Source: Porphyridium purpureum (Eukaryota). Taken from it: a stretch of 64,000 nt of DNA. The notes beneath the pieces are model-generated. The model was given only the letters and a program-made list of their open reading frames with translations. It did no database searches and was not told where the DNA came from. A program made the translations under genes and the position numbers. Below are positions 1 to 11,000 of the stretch, piece by piece (the stretch's first letter is position 1; each line of letters opens with the position of its first letter). The stretch lies in contig VRMN01000003.1 of assembly GCA_008690995.1 (NCBI GenBank), forward strand, positions 1,178,001 through 1,242,000. Direction: 5' to 3'.

Positions 1-2
1 TT

Positions 3-617
3 GATGAGGCGACGCGCCCGTACGAGCACACTCGTGTGTACTTGGTGCGACGTGAGGAGCTGCGCACAAGCATTCTGCTTGACCTGCAGACACTCTTTTC
101 GCGACAAGTGCTCAAGGTTCGGGACATTGCATATCATGTTTTTACTGAGAAGGCCTCGCGCATCCCTCTCTCCGGGCACGTCGAGAAGCGAGTGGGCGAG
201 GCTATTCAGGAGGCCGACCAGTTCTTCGTGGAGCGCGCGTCCGCGCTACGATGTGAGTATGCGCCGAAGGACGCATGGCGCTTTGAAAATGAACGGGCTG
301 AACTGCTTGGCGGTATCCGAGAGAATGCGACGGAGCGCCTACAGCTGTCGCGCCTGCAGGGCTCTTACATTCCCAAGATTCGAAAGCCGGTCTCGGTATC
401 GTTCCACTACTTGGACCCGACACCGTTCGGTTGGTATGACTCACGGTACAAGCCCGCGATACCTGTGGGACCGCAGCCAAGCGAGGATCCTGATCGATAT
501 CGCCGAGCAGGCATTGGCAGCATAAGGCCAACCTCATCTGAAGGCCACAAGTTCACGCGCAGGAGTTCAATCGACTATGCCGAGACGCTCCGTTTGTTCG
601 AGGCTGATGCGCGGTAG
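3..617 (+). CDS. Hypothetical protein, 5'-truncated by the window edge
   Basis: Frame 3 is open from the window start (DEATRPYEHTRVYLVRREELR...) to TAG at 615-617. Helical, protein-like composition; family not recognised with confidence. Confidence 0.65.
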   Translation, partial: DEATRPYEHTRVYLVRREELRTSILLDLQTLFSRQVLKVRDIAYHVFTEKASRIPLSGHVEKRVGEAIQEADQFFVERASALRCEYAPKDAWRFENERAELLGGIRENATERLQLSRLQGSYIPKIRKPVSVSFHYLDPTPFGWYDSRYKPAIPVGPQPSEDPDRYRRAGIGSIRPTSSEGHKFTRRSSIDYAETLRLFEADAR

Positions 618-757
618 CTGTCTTGATTCTCGGTGTACGAAGCTGTTAGTGGTGTCCAGACCCATCGTTTAGGACTCTCGCAACGTGGTAGTTTTCTCTC
701 AAAGTTTTAGAACACGAGCGCACACTAAAAACAATTTGAATAGAGGCGAGCTGAAGG

Positions 758-1585
758 ATGGCCCCGCAACGGACGAGATGGGGCGCGGCGGGCGCCGAGC
801 CGGCCGTCGACGCGGCTGGGCTGCGGATGGACGGGAGGCGGCCGTCCGAGATTCGTGTTATGCGTTGCGTGGTCGGTGAAGGCACATTTTCGCCGTTCGG
901 GATGGGCGACGACGCACACGGGCCGACCGGGTCAGCTTACGTGGAACAAGGGCGCACCGCCGTCCTCGCAACTGTGTACGGGCCACGCGAGCGTGCATCC
1001 TCCTCCTCGGCTCTTCCAGGATCGACAGGCGCGCTCGTGAACTGCGAATTCGCGATCACGGCATTGAATGTTGGCGGCGCAGCAAGCGCTGGTTCTTCAT
1101 ACACCAAGGCTGACCGCCGCTCGTCCGAAATGGCAGCGTCAATTAAGGCTGCCTTTGAGACTGTCATTGTTGGCGACGGGTTGCAGCGTTCGCAGATCGA
1201 TGTGTTTGTGCATGTGCTTCAAAGTGACGGTGGTCAACTGGCGGCTGCGATCAACGCAACCAGCCTGGCGCTGATGAACGCCGGAATCCCTCTGCTAGAC
1301 GTAGTCTGTGCGTGCACGGTCGGTGTTGTCGATGCTTACTACTTGGCAGATGTCACTGCTCTCGAAATGCGTTTTCATGGCGCTGTGCTAACGGTAGCCA
1401 GCACTCCATCAGAACACAAAATCGTACTACTCGAACTGGAATCCAAATTGCCAAACCAGGATACCCTTGATAACGCTCTATCAGTGGCACAAGCTGGTTG
1501 TCAAGAAGTGTATCACGCCATTGACGACGCCATGCATGCCTACTTTGCTGCAGTGCACCGCGCCCACGCGCCCATACGCGCGTGA
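758..1585 (+). CDS. RRP41: Exosome complex component Rrp41 (RNase PH family)
   Basis: Motifs DGRRPSEIR, GSAYVEQGRTAVLATVYGPRE, SQIDVFVHVLQSDGG and AAINATSLALMNAGIPL. Confidence 0.93.
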   Translation: MAPQRTRWGAAGAEPAVDAAGLRMDGRRPSEIRVMRCVVGEGTFSPFGMGDDAHGPTGSAYVEQGRTAVLATVYGPRERASSSSALPGSTGALVNCEFAITALNVGGAASAGSSYTKADRRSSEMAASIKAAFETVIVGDGLQRSQIDVFVHVLQSDGGQLAAAINATSLALMNAGIPLLDVVCACTVGVVDAYYLADVTALEMRFHGAVLTVASTPSEHKIVLLELESKLPNQDTLDNALSVAQAGCQEVYHAIDDAMHAYFAAVHRAHAPIRA

Positions 1586-2150
1586 AAACCCCCGCCGAAT
1601 AAAGCGTGGAAAAGCTAGCAGGTTTGCTGCATGTGATACTATCTCGCAGCAGACCAAGAGAAGGAAACCCAAAAGGCCTGCGTGCGTCGAATTCGGTACG
1701 TAGCCAATACTTTGGAGCACGTTCTTCATCCTAGTACTAAAAATCCTTCAAGATCTATCCTTTTTCAACGCTCCAAAGCCCGCACCCCAGCTGACCGTGC
1801 ACTGCACCTGCAACAGCCTCTCTCTCCTTTTCAGCGAACTTTACGGACGCGCTGACCCCAGCGGCCAGACTGCTGCTCGTGCTCCCCCGAACGCATCCGG
1901 TATGCCACCGGAGGCACGCATCCTGACAGCGGCGTCAGAGGTAATGACCGCGCGTCTCCAGCAAGGTGACAGTCCAGAGACAAGAGCGTGTTGCATGAAC
2001 TTCCTTCAACCTCAGCTCACGTCTTCCTGCTGATGCCATTCAGCACATGGATCAGGGCAACAGGTGTCAGTCAAATTACGCGCGGGTCAGAAACCCGTAA
2101 AAGAGCAGTCATCGAGTTTGACGGTGGCGGACTTGGAAAGTGTGGAGAGG

Positions 2151-3467
2151 ATGCCATCCTACACCGTGGCGACGGCGCACAGCGTCGGATTTTTGTCCGG
2201 CAGTGAGGCGCGTGATGATGGGCTTTCATCATTTGCGTCGATCGGAGAATGCTTCCAGCTCGCTGACCATGCCGGCGCGGTGGCAGATACCAGCGACCCG
2301 TCAGATGGACAAGCGGATAAAGCAGGGAGTGAGATTCGTGAAACTGGACGGATTGGTTCTTCTGGGCGATTTGATGGAACACAAGAAGCGCATGGCTCGC
2401 CCGGGGCGCTCGGAAAGATGAACGTGAGCCGGGCTTCTCCCGGACTAGAAAGGAGTGGCAGTGCGTTTGAACGTAACGCGTCCTTTCAAGAGAAGCGCCG
2501 TCTGCGCGTGCCGCCACGGACGGCCGAGTATTACAGCGTTGAGAATGGCCATTTCCTGAGCGTGAGCGATTACGGGCTGGAGGCGAAACCACAAGCACCG
2601 GATCAGTTGTACTCGATCCGCCAGGTTCCGCATTATTTGCGAATGCCTGATATCTGGGAGGGATACCGCGCATCTGGACTATCAACACGGCATTATTGGA
2701 AGTCAGTGTTTCGTATTCACAACGAAACGTTTAACTTTTGGTCGCATGCGATCCCAGCAATCTTGGCGCTTGTCATTGTGATGCCCTATACGATGCTGGT
2801 TATTATGAGGCCGCTGTCCATACAAGCACAAATATCTGTGTTCTTGTACATGCTTGCCGCTTTCTTTTGCTTCTGCTTTTCGGCAGTATACCATGCAGTC
2901 GGTTGCCAAAGCCAGGAGATGCATAGGCATTGGCTGATGGTCGACCAAGTCGGAACGCTTGCGTACATGACGGGTTCCTTCTTGCCCGGAATGGTAATTG
3001 TGTCGCTTCGTTTCGTGCGCATGGGTCAGTTCTGCTTATTCTTGACTTTTTGTAATTTTGTTCTCGGTACACGTTTTCTGGTGAAGAGCAGCAAGTCCGA
3101 GCGGCAGTGCATCAAAACGCGCGACCGGCTCTTCGTCTTCACGGCTTCGTGGAGCTTGATTCCGTACATGATTTTCGCGTACGCAGAGCGCGCCGAGCTG
3201 CTCGGGAAAGTGTTTCTGGTGGGTGTGCTTGTTACTTACGCAACACAAGCGCTTGCCTTTGCCTTTTACAAGCTTCGCATTCCAGAGCGGTTTGGTCCAG
3301 GGGAGTTCGATTGCTGGGGCAATTCCCACCATTACTGGCACCTTTTGTCCTGTTGCGGCGGGCTTCTTTGGCTGGTGTGCGTCGTATTTTTCTTTCTGCA
3401 AGCCTTTGCCAGTAATTACCATGTACGGACCATTGACGAGCTTGGGTTTTTGCACAAGCCGTTCTGA
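2151..3467 (+). CDS. PAQR / adiponectin-receptor / hemolysin-III family 7-TM protein
   Basis: I-x-x-GYR, HNETFNFWSH, SAVYH, IPERFGPGEFDCWGNSHHYWH; seven hydrophobic segments. First in-frame ATG is at 2151. Confidence 0.92.
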   Translation: MPSYTVATAHSVGFLSGSEARDDGLSSFASIGECFQLADHAGAVADTSDPSDGQADKAGSEIRETGRIGSSGRFDGTQEAHGSPGALGKMNVSRASPGLERSGSAFERNASFQEKRRLRVPPRTAEYYSVENGHFLSVSDYGLEAKPQAPDQLYSIRQVPHYLRMPDIWEGYRASGLSTRHYWKSVFRIHNETFNFWSHAIPAILALVIVMPYTMLVIMRPLSIQAQISVFLYMLAAFFCFCFSAVYHAVGCQSQEMHRHWLMVDQVGTLAYMTGSFLPGMVIVSLRFVRMGQFCLFLTFCNFVLGTRFLVKSSKSERQCIKTRDRLFVFTASWSLIPYMIFAYAERAELLGKVFLVGVLVTYATQALAFAFYKLRIPERFGPGEFDCWGNSHHYWHLLSCCGGLLWLVCVVFFFLQAFASNYHVRTIDELGFLHKPF

Positions 3468-3565
3468 GAACATTGGCTGAATTTATTTTGCTTCACGCTG
3501 GTCTTCCAGGACCGGAGACTAGGCGCCATGCAAGTTGGTATCTTGATTAGTGGAGGAAAGGATTC

Positions 3566-4342
3566 TCATAAAGGGTTCGAGATGACAATTGTTTCTAGCG
3601 GATGCTCAGGCAGGGAGTCGGACGCCCGCGGAGTAGATACATGACTTCGGCTCTTTGATCGTGTGCGAATGCGCTCCTGCAGCCGGGTACGGCCAGCGCG
3701 CGGGCCTTCATCTTCCAATGTCGTATAGTCCACGTGCAGAGCATGCATACCGAGCGAAGAATTCTGGCCCAAGCCGCGCGGCGCTCGTCCAGTGGGCGAG
3801 AGACCAGCGACAGCCCGCTCGCGGCGCTCCGCGCGCTCCCTCCTTCTTCGATCATCATCATCATCTTGATCGAAACGCGGCGAAAGAATTGCCGACGCCT
3901 CGTACCTGGTCTTAGGCGAGAAGACACTCATGGCAGGATCAATTGTAGATCTCGACCGTGATTGCCGCTCGCCAGCACTTTTTTCATTGCTCGACGAAGC
4001 TCGCGACAATCCGGGGCTGTAAGTTGAGACGTCGAACTGAAGCACCTGGACACGAGCGCGCCGCCCGCTGGCGTCGTACTGCGTGCGCCTGCCTCCACTC
4101 TGTATTTCCTCCTGCCCAGTCAACGCTGTGCGCGGCGAAAGCAACCTCGACATCGACTCTGTTCCCGCGGCGTCCGCTCCAAGCGCATGCAAACGTTCCG
4201 AAGGCGTCACCACAGACGACCCGTTCCGGGCCTCATTCCTCGTGACCTCAGCGCCCCATGAAATGGCGGCCACATCTGCGGCGCTCACAAAGAGCGCTCC
4301 ACTTGACCCGCCACCATTGTAGTACAAATCAGTGAACTCCAT
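3566..4342 (-). CDS. Hypothetical low-complexity Ser/Arg-rich protein
   Basis: 258-aa ATG-initiated ORF with repeated SP(R/K) motifs (LLSPR, FSPK, LSPR, LSPT); no domain recognised. Confidence 0.65.
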   Translation of the reverse strand: MEFTDLYYNGGGSSGALFVSAADVAAISWGAEVTRNEARNGSSVVTPSERLHALGADAAGTESMSRLLSPRTALTGQEEIQSGGRRTQYDASGRRARVQVLQFDVSTYSPGLSRASSSNEKSAGERQSRSRSTIDPAMSVFSPKTRYEASAILSPRFDQDDDDDRRRRERAERRERAVAGLSPTGRAPRGLGQNSSLGMHALHVDYTTLEDEGPRAGRTRLQERIRTRSKSRSHVSTPRASDSLPEHPLETIVISNPL

Positions 4343-5162
4343 CCGTACAACCCGGCCAGCCCGTGCCGGCGCGGCGCCCCGCAGTCTCTTCCACCCTGTG
4401 CGCGTCCTTCATATACACACGCGAAAGACTGGTGCTGCCCAGTACACATGCGAAGGGCTTTCTTTCTGTGAGAGCGTACTGTGCAGCCCGAATTCAGTTC
4501 GTTTCTTAAGCTCACCTACTCCACCGGCTTTCTTGCACCCCACTCGACACACAGACACACACGCGCGTGTCACATGTTTGTCCTACACAGATGGAAACCT
4601 TCTCCCTTCTCGTCCGAAAAGCCGCACGGCACTTGCACGTCACCCGGTTGCCGACTTCGTTTTGTGAAATGAGCCGGAAATTTGATTCGAGAGCTGAGCG
4701 GACAGTCTGTACTGGCCAAAGTGCGCGAGATGGAACGTGCGGATGACTCACTACCCAGTCAGCACAAAGCACATAGTTACAGCGTCGGGCACGGAGAGGA
4801 GGAGCAGCAGTAGCAGCAGTGACACGTGGACGCCGGATGCGATGAAAAACATGCGCGAGTCACGGACAGGCGGCGGCCATGCGGGTTTGCAAACACAGAA
4901 AGCTTCCCCGTTACCTCCCTCGTGAAACGGTTTAACGGTTTAACGGTTGGGCGCGTGGTGGATTGTCACTCGGTATGTTGGAGACCGGCTGCGGAACATT
5001 GCTTTGCACTTTCTCTTTCTGACAAAGGCCACAACGCTGAGCGAGGCTGGCGCGGCGCCTTGTCAGAAGGATGCTGCGCCTTGACACGTGACACACGGTC
5101 GTGCCGAGCACGGACACGGGTTGCAGAGTGAATAAGAATATGCCGTCTTTTCTTCTGATCAA

Positions 5163-6671
5163 TTAGTTCGTAGGCGCGACGAGTTCGGACTCTGTGCCAT
5201 AGAGAGAGACAGATCCGTCCCCGTCGCCTTCTTGAGCGCTGCGGTTCGTGGAATCAGCCACACAGCGCCCCTGCATCCGTCTCTCGTGCTTTACGAGATT
5301 GGAGCGTACTGCAAATTTGCGGCCACACGTCTCGCAGTTGTAATCCATGCGCCCTTCGTGCACCGTGCGAATATGTGTGACCAAATGCGAGCTTTGCGAA
5401 AACATCTTGTCGCAATGGGAGCACTTGTGTGATTTCTCGCGAAAATGCACAGTGCGAATATGCCGCCGCAGCTCATTCACGCGGCTCAGTACCTTTCCAC
5501 ATTCAGGGCAAATGGCAGATGTTTGTGAGTCTGCGCCGCCAGTCTGAGTGGGGCCTGCATTTTGAGCAGAAGGCGGATGCCGTCCAACCAAGCTGCTGCT
5601 CGATTTGGAGTTGTCATCCGCTTCGCTGCGTGGCTCGTCATCCACACCTAATAATTTGTACAAGCCCAGCGGCACGCTGCGACGCGGCGCAGACACGTTG
5701 CTCACACGGCCAAAAAACAACGCATTGAGCTTGGGGAGTTCCACATAGTCTCGACCGAGAATCGCGACCATGGACGTGGGCGCAACGTGCGTGTACAAAT
5801 CGTCTCCCTGCCCGTTTCGGATCGCCGCTGTAAAAAGCGGGTTGTTTTCACGTACGTGCTCACGCGCCTCCACGAAAAACGTTGCCCACTTGTTCCAATC
5901 GATCGGCTCGTCCAGCTGCTCCGCAGTGAACAAGTCCTTTTTCGGCTGTGGTGTTGACTGTGTTGCCTGCAAACTAAGTGCAGATACGCCAGCATTTGGA
6001 TTGACGCGCGCTAAAGAGTTAGAGCCACTACCGTTCAACGTGGCCTCTCCGAAGCCAGACACTCGCTGCGCAAACACGGCTGTCTCCATGACGGCGACGT
6101 GGTCAAATACTATCCGTGAGCCCTCGAGGCGCAAGTTGTGGAAAATTTCCACGCTTTCTTTGCCCGAGTCGAGCACGTCCACGAGCGCGACCACAGGCAC
6201 GCCCGCTGAATCCTGGCCGACACATACATGACCGTAGCCGTTTCGCATACGGTATCCGACAAAGCGGTACGCCGGCCACGCGGTGACACCTGGCCTGAAT
6301 GGAATGATGCAGGCGTTGGTGAACAAGGTACCCAGCACGTACCGACCCATGGTGCCCTGCGGGACGTACGCCGAACACAGGTTTTCTTGCAAAGAGGTGT
6401 AGTCTGCGTCCGACACGACGGCGCGCGCCATTTCCTGCGGCGTGGGTACATAACTGAGTCGCGACTGCGACGCGCGGTACCCCCCGGTGTCGCCGTCGCA
6501 GTCACCAAAATCGAGCGCCGACGCGGCCGCGCGGTGCGCGACTCCGCGCGAGCCGAACATCTGCGCGGCGATTTTCTCGCCCGACTCATCGCCAAACAGC
6601 CACTCGTAGCAGACGTCGCTCTGCGCAATCTTGAGCAGCCGCTCGGCCGACTCGAACGAGGACGGCTTCAT
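5163..6671 (-). CDS. C2H2 zinc-finger protein (three C-terminal fingers, unrecognised N-terminal domain)
   Basis: CPECGKVLSRVNELRRHIRTVH, CSHCDKMFSQSSHLVTHIRTVH and CETCGRKFAVRSNLVKHERRM. Confidence 0.9.
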   Translation of the reverse strand: MKPSSFESAERLLKIAQSDVCYEWLFGDESGEKIAAQMFGSRGVAHRAAASALDFGDCDGDTGGYRASQSRLSYVPTPQEMARAVVSDADYTSLQENLCSAYVPQGTMGRYVLGTLFTNACIIPFRPGVTAWPAYRFVGYRMRNGYGHVCVGQDSAGVPVVALVDVLDSGKESVEIFHNLRLEGSRIVFDHVAVMETAVFAQRVSGFGEATLNGSGSNSLARVNPNAGVSALSLQATQSTPQPKKDLFTAEQLDEPIDWNKWATFFVEAREHVRENNPLFTAAIRNGQGDDLYTHVAPTSMVAILGRDYVELPKLNALFFGRVSNVSAPRRSVPLGLYKLLGVDDEPRSEADDNSKSSSSLVGRHPPSAQNAGPTQTGGADSQTSAICPECGKVLSRVNELRRHIRTVHFREKSHKCSHCDKMFSQSSHLVTHIRTVHEGRMDYNCETCGRKFAVRSNLVKHERRMQGRCVADSTNRSAQEGDGDGSVSLYGTESELVAPTN

Positions 6672-6764
6672 GACCGTTCCCCCGACTTCATCAGCCCGGT
6701 CTCCTCGCCGGTCTCCTCGCGCCTCCTCGCACCTCCTCGCGCCTTTCTGGTGTCACACACCAAC

Positions 6765-6824
6765 GAACACAAACACACAAGCACGCAAACACAGACACAC
6801 AAACACACAAACACAAACACGCAA

Positions 6825-6865
<41 letters not shown>
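6765..6865. repeat. (CA)n microsatellite with a degenerate CA/CAAA-rich flank
   Basis: Pure CA run at about 6826-6865, preceded by imperfect acacaa/acacac units; lies upstream of the zinc-finger gene. Confidence 0.95.
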
Positions 6866-6867
<2 letters not shown>

Positions 6868-7943
6868 CACTCCTCCTGTGCGAAGAGGTTGCTGCTGGTT
6901 CGGCTTTTACATGTGGTAGGGGTTTTCACGCAGCCCGCCGCAAACCATCAAAAATTCGAGCGCCCCCACCCCGCCCGCTTGAATTCCACCAACTCCACAC
7001 GCACCGCGCTGACCTGTCGGGGCGGGCGGCGCGGGGGCGGGGGTGTACTGTCCGTCACGTGAGGCGCGCAGCACAGAAATGGCATTGCATGGTCATCTCC
7101 GGGCGTGAGGCGCGCGCGGCTGGTGCGGCGGTGCGCGGCGCGACGTCCAGGGCAGAACGGATCCGTGCCGCGCGTTCATGGCCGCCAGGAAGCATCCACG
7201 CGTGCACGCGCCGCCAAGGCCGCAGAACGTGCTCGCCGCCGCAGTCATGGTGCTCAGCGCATCTGAGCTGCCGCGATCTCTTGGCGGGCACCACGGTCTG
7301 CGGATGCCGCACAAGGCGCCTCCGTCTCGGAGGACAACACGTAGAACGTCACGTAAACGGGGGCTGTGTATTGTGATGCGCTTCAGAGTCGTTTTGCCAA
7401 GCAGCAAGGAATCATCAGGGGAAATCCGCGCCGAGGCTGGCGCGTGCAAGATGCGTCGCGTTTCCGGTGGGGAGCGGTGCGTGCTTGCACCTGGGCGTGT
7501 CTGTCTGCGATGACCAGGTCTTCGCAAAGAAGCCTGACGCGTAGATGGCGACGGACAGGCGCCATCTCTCAGGGCGACACGCGCGCATTCCCGCTCATCG
7601 CCGAGCACGGTGCCGTGCAGCAACGGCGACTCTGGCGCAGCCGCCTTCACCAGGCTGCGGGCGCACACGTCATGCCGCGTCTCAGACGTGCAGAGATATC
7701 ACATCCCCTGTCGTCCAGGGCGTTTTGCCAGCCAGCTCGGCCGCCTGCTCTCCCAGCAAAATCACGCCTGGCGATCTCGTCCGCTTCCACTAAGCTGCGT
7801 CGCGTCGTGCGAACCCTCCCTCCCTGTCAGATGCACTTTATTTTTCCTTCCTGCGGCTGCCGCCTCACGAGTTTGTGGGCCTGCCACGTAGTCCAGAGTT
7901 GAATTAGTTACGTGTTACGAGGTGGCGATGCGCGGGAGAGACA

Positions 7944-7970
7944 AAGAGAGCGAGAGAGAGAGAGAGAGAA
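7944..7970. repeat. (GA)n microsatellite
   Basis: aagagagcgagagagagagagagagaa in the kinase 5' leader. Confidence 0.85.
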
Positions 7971-8067
7971 GGAGAAGAGGAGGGGAAGGAGATTGGAGGA
8001 GGGTGGGTGTGGATTGGAAGAGGTTTCGGCGTGGGAGGGCTTCCGCGAGGGGCGGGAGCACGGCAAG

Positions 8068-11000
8068 ATGGATGGCGGGGGCGGGTACTTGTTGAGTAGT
8101 TCCGACAGTGATGACTTTGCGACCGGCGGCGGCGGCTTACAGAAGCGCGGCAGTGCGAATGGACGGCTAGCTAACGACCTCGATGCCGGCGCCGCCGCGC
8201 AGCAAGAATGGAGCAGCGAAGAGGATGACGAGGAATTTGCGCGCGCGGGAAACTCGAGTGAGCAGTTGCACAGACGAGCCTCCGCACCACATCGAGGTTT
8301 TCGGCCCTCTGCTACGACGCGGCGAACGCGGGAGACCGTGAAACGCTCGGGCACCGCCACGGATGCACGTCTCCCGTCTGGCGCAAAGCTTTCGCCGCAC
8401 GATGAGAGTGCTGCGCAGCATGCAAATAAGTATGGTAGCTTGCAGTCCCATGCCCTAAATATGCAGCGGCGTCAGCGTCAACCGCTTGCACATGCGGACG
8501 TGCGCCAACCGCTTCACGCGCAGTCACGTATGCAGCAAAGCCATGCGCTCGAACACGACGGCTCGTCTCACGGTGGGACGCACTCCGCTGTCGCCTTTCG
8601 CGGCTCACGATCTGGCATGTTCCCGAATCATCGCGGGGGGCATCCGCATGAGCAAGTTCAGTCCCTGTCCAGTGAGGTTCACACCCGCAGACCCAGCGCG
8701 TATTTGCCTTCGTTCCGTCCGGCGCCGCTTCAGCTTCAGCAGCAGCAGCAGCAGCCTCATCTTCAGCAGTCGCCATTGGTCTTACAGGAAGGCTTGCGCG
8801 ATGATATCACTCCAGATACACCGGATGCCTTCGAAGCCGATTTCTCACCGGATTTCTCCGTCGAGACGCCCGCAGCGGCTGAAGTAGATTCTGAACTGGC
8901 CCGAGTTGTGAAGGACTTGGATACGTTGCTCGCACAGATCGAAACCTATCGTTCGCTTGCAAGAGATAGCCAGGAGAGCGCGTACTACGAGGTCGCGTAT
9001 GAACGAGTGGTCGACATTGTGGACTGTTGCGCGTCACAGGAGTTCTCGGCGCTTCCTTCGATAGAATGGGATTTGAATACCGCATCGTCGCAGTCAGATA
9101 CGTGCGCGTGGCGTGCATCACGCGGCATCTCACCATTTGTGTCCGTCAAGGCGCTCCTGTTGGAGCTGATTCGCACAGTGAGTAAGCAGACCGCACAAGC
9201 GCCAGGCATCTTGGAATCTATTCGCGCCCAGAATTTGCGAAATCACCGTCAGGTAGTCGCGGAAGGAGGTCACGATGGGCAAATGCATGCCGAGGTTTAC
9301 TTGAGCAGCAGTGATTCTGAAATCTTGCGCCGTCCTTACACCGACAATAGCGTTTCGAACGCTCGCGATGGTGAGTGGAATGATGGGCGCCCGGACGTGA
9401 TCCGCGAAGATCAGCAAAAAGCTCGGGGCGGATCCGCGAGTCGCGGTCAGGCACCCGAACATGTTGCGAAGATCGCAGGACGCGTAGCAGAGCCTCACGA
9501 TATGGCTGTGGAATCGCCGACACTGATGAGCTCGGACAACTCTTCTGACTTTGAGTACCCCGGCCTAAGCCAGCGCCACGAGGTGAGCCGCCCGGCAGTC
9601 CCTGACTCGACCGTGCCTTCCGCGCTCGATAGTTTGACCTCAGGCGTTCAAAGTGCTAGTTCCGTGCTTCTTTTGGATGGCTCGGATGACAATGGCTCCG
9701 CGCAGGCCACACATACAGGCTTGGCTCCACCTTCCCCTAGGCGCTTGTCATCAGATTCTTCCGCAGCGCCAACTCCGCGAGTTAGCACTACACCCGGAGT
9801 CAGCGAGGGTGCTATCGAGGCCGCGTTTCAAAATCATCATCATCACTCAAGAAGGAGCCACGCCTCGTTGAAGAAGAAGAGCTCCAATTCGTCTTCAAAG
9901 ATTGCGTCTGGGCCAGGTGAACACATTGCGGACGTTGCGCGTATACCTGGTTCCGTACGATTTCCTGACGCTGCAAATGCCGCACGCGAAGTTCTTCGGA
10001 GGCGGAGGAGAAAGGCCAAACGCCCGCACACTCGTCGTCCGGTCGAATATGAGACGTCGCCTTTAGCGTCACCCCCGACATCGCCGTACGCGAACAGCAC
10101 CAATGCTTTCCAGGGTCTCGCTGGTGCTAGATACGGGCCACCTCGTGACCCGTGGAACTCTGGAGGTCTTGTGCCGCACACTTCAACTCAGAGTCATGAC
10201 CCGATGTCGCAGTTTGCCCGCACTGCAGACGAGCTGTCGCCTTCACTCTCTTCACCAGGTGTCGTGATCTCAGGGGAAGACGACGGGTCGCCGCTAGCGA
10301 TGGCACGCCGTTCGTCACCACTGGACATAAGAAGGCCAACACCTTCTGCGAACTCTGAAGGTTGGATGGGAGAAGTAAGTCCAGAAATCATTACACCTTC
10401 GCAGCATCGCGCACCATTTTCGCCGCTGGGTAATGTCCTGGCGACAGACAGGACGCTTCAAGGTTTGCCAGACAGCAGTAGTGGCTATCAAAGTCATACA
10501 AGTACCGCGAGTGAGAATGGCTCTTTCACTCGCCTGTCAGTGTTGGGCGACCTGGACGACGATACCAACGAAGTCCTGAGTAAGATCATCAACGAGAGTA
10601 TTCTTGGCTTAAGCCTGGGCGCGCGAGACCAACCTGCGAAAACGGCAGAAGAGGAAATGGCTGAGCGAATCCAGCATGGCAATGCAGAAGACGACCTTGG
10701 CGATGGCACATGTGCAGCGGTGGCCTCAGCGGCGACAGCGGCGACGGCGGCGACGGCGGGTACCGCATTGTCTGAACCCAGTGTCTCGGCACCAGCAGCG
10801 CAAACTACGATTGACTGGTTCGCAAATGAACCAACAATGATGCAACGGACTACACAGACGTGCCGTGTTGATGTACGTCCGCCTACAGAGAGTGAGCAGC
10901 GGGAAAGTACCTCAGCTGAGCGTTGGATTCAGTGCCGTGTTTGCGAGCTGCACTACGTGGCGGATTTCTTTGTCGTGCATGCATATTGGTGTGGGAAAGT

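Noticed and set aside
6228..7376. 382-aa plus-strand ORF containing poly-(HT)
   Set aside because: Antisense to the zinc-finger gene and runs through the CA microsatellite; no domain.
7912..8067. GTG/TTG-initiated N-terminal extensions in the ORF track (kinase, petH, desaturase, CysQ and others)
   Set aside because: Bacterial-style start calls in a eukaryote; the extensions translate low-complexity 5' leaders.
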